Shown: in pieces, positions 62,870-64,000 of the stretch
Layout: each line of letters begins with the position of its first letter
Position numbering within the stretch: position 1 is the first letter of the stretch
NCBI RefSeq assembly: GCF_011386835.1
Contig: NC_088796.1
Span: 73,842,001-73,906,000 of the forward strand
Source of the DNA: Chrysemys picta bellii
Lineage: Eukaryota
Reading direction: 5' to 3'
Length of the DNA: 64,000 bases
The notes under the pieces: generated by a model
What the model was told of the DNA's origin: nothing
What the model saw: only the letters and a program-made list of their open reading frames with translations
Database searches by the model: none
Made by a program: the position numbers and the translations under genes

Positions 62870-63340
62870 AGTTGAAAGCAGTGGAATAGGCAAGGGCGCA
62901 GTTTCCAGTTAAGCTGGAGGTGTTTAGGGTCCTCTTGTGGGACTACCCCAGCTAAGCCAATGGGGCAGATTTGTGGAGCAGGATTTAATGGGGGGTTTCT
63001 GATCCATTTTATGTTTAAAATAAAAAGAAATAAATAAATAAAATAATTGAAGTCAGGGGCTGGGTTTGGTTATACTGTCAGGACAATGATTCCACGAGAA
63101 TGAATTGAGGTTAGAGTGACAGGGCCATTCAAGCAGTTGCCTGTGGAAAACTTGTGGGTTTTTCCTCCCCAAGGCTTGGCCCCCAAGAAGGCTCCAGAAA
63201 ATATGGATTACTTCATCACCTCACTGGAGTTGATAATGGCATAGCATATGCCTCGTCTCATGTTCAGATGTACAGATTTCTGGAGCTGGCACCAGGAGCC
63301 AGCCCGGAACTAAGGCAGATTCCACTAGCACCAAGAATGG
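62870..63340 (+). pseudogene. Ngaro pol remnant (RT N-terminus joined to RNase H C-terminus)
   Basis: PVKLEVFRVLLWDYP...GFNGGF; GPFKQLPVENL...GLAPKKAP(G)KYGLLHHL joined directly to GVDNGIAYASSHVQMYRFLELAPGA. Confidence 0.8.
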
Positions 63341-64000
63341 CGGTCAGTGTGGTGCAGAGATCAGTTGCTCCACGCATGTAGTAGAGCTAGGAGAGAAATT
63401 TTAATGATTTCATGGAATTTCAGAATCCGGAAGGCCAGACAACACTATGGTTCATTACAGAGAAACAGGTGCTGTGGTACATGGTGTCGTTGGCAACCCG
63501 CCACCTGGCGTCCTCAACAATCTCGAATCACCTTTCTGCCATTACGTTCATCGTTAGGCTAAATGGTTATCCAGATCCTTGCGGTGGTTTTTAGCTTGAA
63601 GGTTGTTGGCAGGGTGGTCGTGTACCAGTGGTCCCGTGGAAGATTCACGTTATCCTATCACAGTTTTACATGCTCAGTGATCTTGTGCAGACCATTGGCG
63701 CCGTATGTCATAGTGGACAGCAGGCAGCCTTATTCAGGGCAGCGTTCTTGATAGCATTGTTTGGTGCTTTCAGGATCAGCAAGCTAGTACCTGGGTCCGG
63801 TAGGGACTCTACAGGAAGAGCTTTGGAACTGCGTGATGTACAATGACATGAGCATTCAGTGATATTACACTTGTGAAGGTCAAAGAAGGATCAAGTAGGC
63901 TGGGGTAAATCTGTTATCCTACGGGAGGGCAGTGAGCCTGGAGTCTGCCCCAGGCAGGCTTTGAAGGCCTATATGGAGATACGGTTGGGGGCGGGGGAAG
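63340..64000 (+). pseudogene. Tyrosine recombinase of the Ngaro element (N-terminal part, frameshifted)
   Basis: LASSTISNHLSAITF, LFRAAFLIALFGAFRISKLV (first catalytic Arg), RSKKDQVGWG...GVCPRQALKAY; contains stops and frameshifts. Confidence 0.9.

Larger units (their letters stand above)
60630..64000 (+). mobile_element. Ngaro-type (DIRS order) tyrosine-recombinase retrotransposon, degenerate and internally deleted; runs off the window
   Basis: Gag-like, RT start, RNase H end and YR motifs in plus-strand order; the left boundary is approximate. Confidence 0.88.

Overview
Vertebrate genomic DNA, most likely turtle. This is inferred from the tRNA-derived SINE with a CR1-type tail, the CR1/L2/Penelope fragments and the hAT/Harbinger MITE types. 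The window is AT-rich and dense in transposable elements, and I can support no host protein-coding gene; it looks intronic or intergenic. Main content: (1) a fossil ZMYM1-like hAT transposon (27611-31538, minus) whose transposase is interrupted by a solo LTR with a perfect 5-bp TSD and by a MITE fragment plus adjacent deletion; (2) an Ngaro-type tyrosine-recombinase retrotransposon (~60630 to beyond the window end) with an in-frame RT/RNase H deletion; (3) Penelope-derived pieces carrying minimal hammerhead-ribozyme motifs (1264-1303, and an inverted pair at 36391-36569); (4) many TSD-delimited MITEs, including a Blackjack-type element nested in another; (5) CR1, L2, CORE-SINE and solo-LTR fragments. 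One coding-like stretch (59756-60345) and a few candidate exon or enhancer segments remain unexplained. I found no clearly new biological system. Family names come from manual motif recognition, not database searches.
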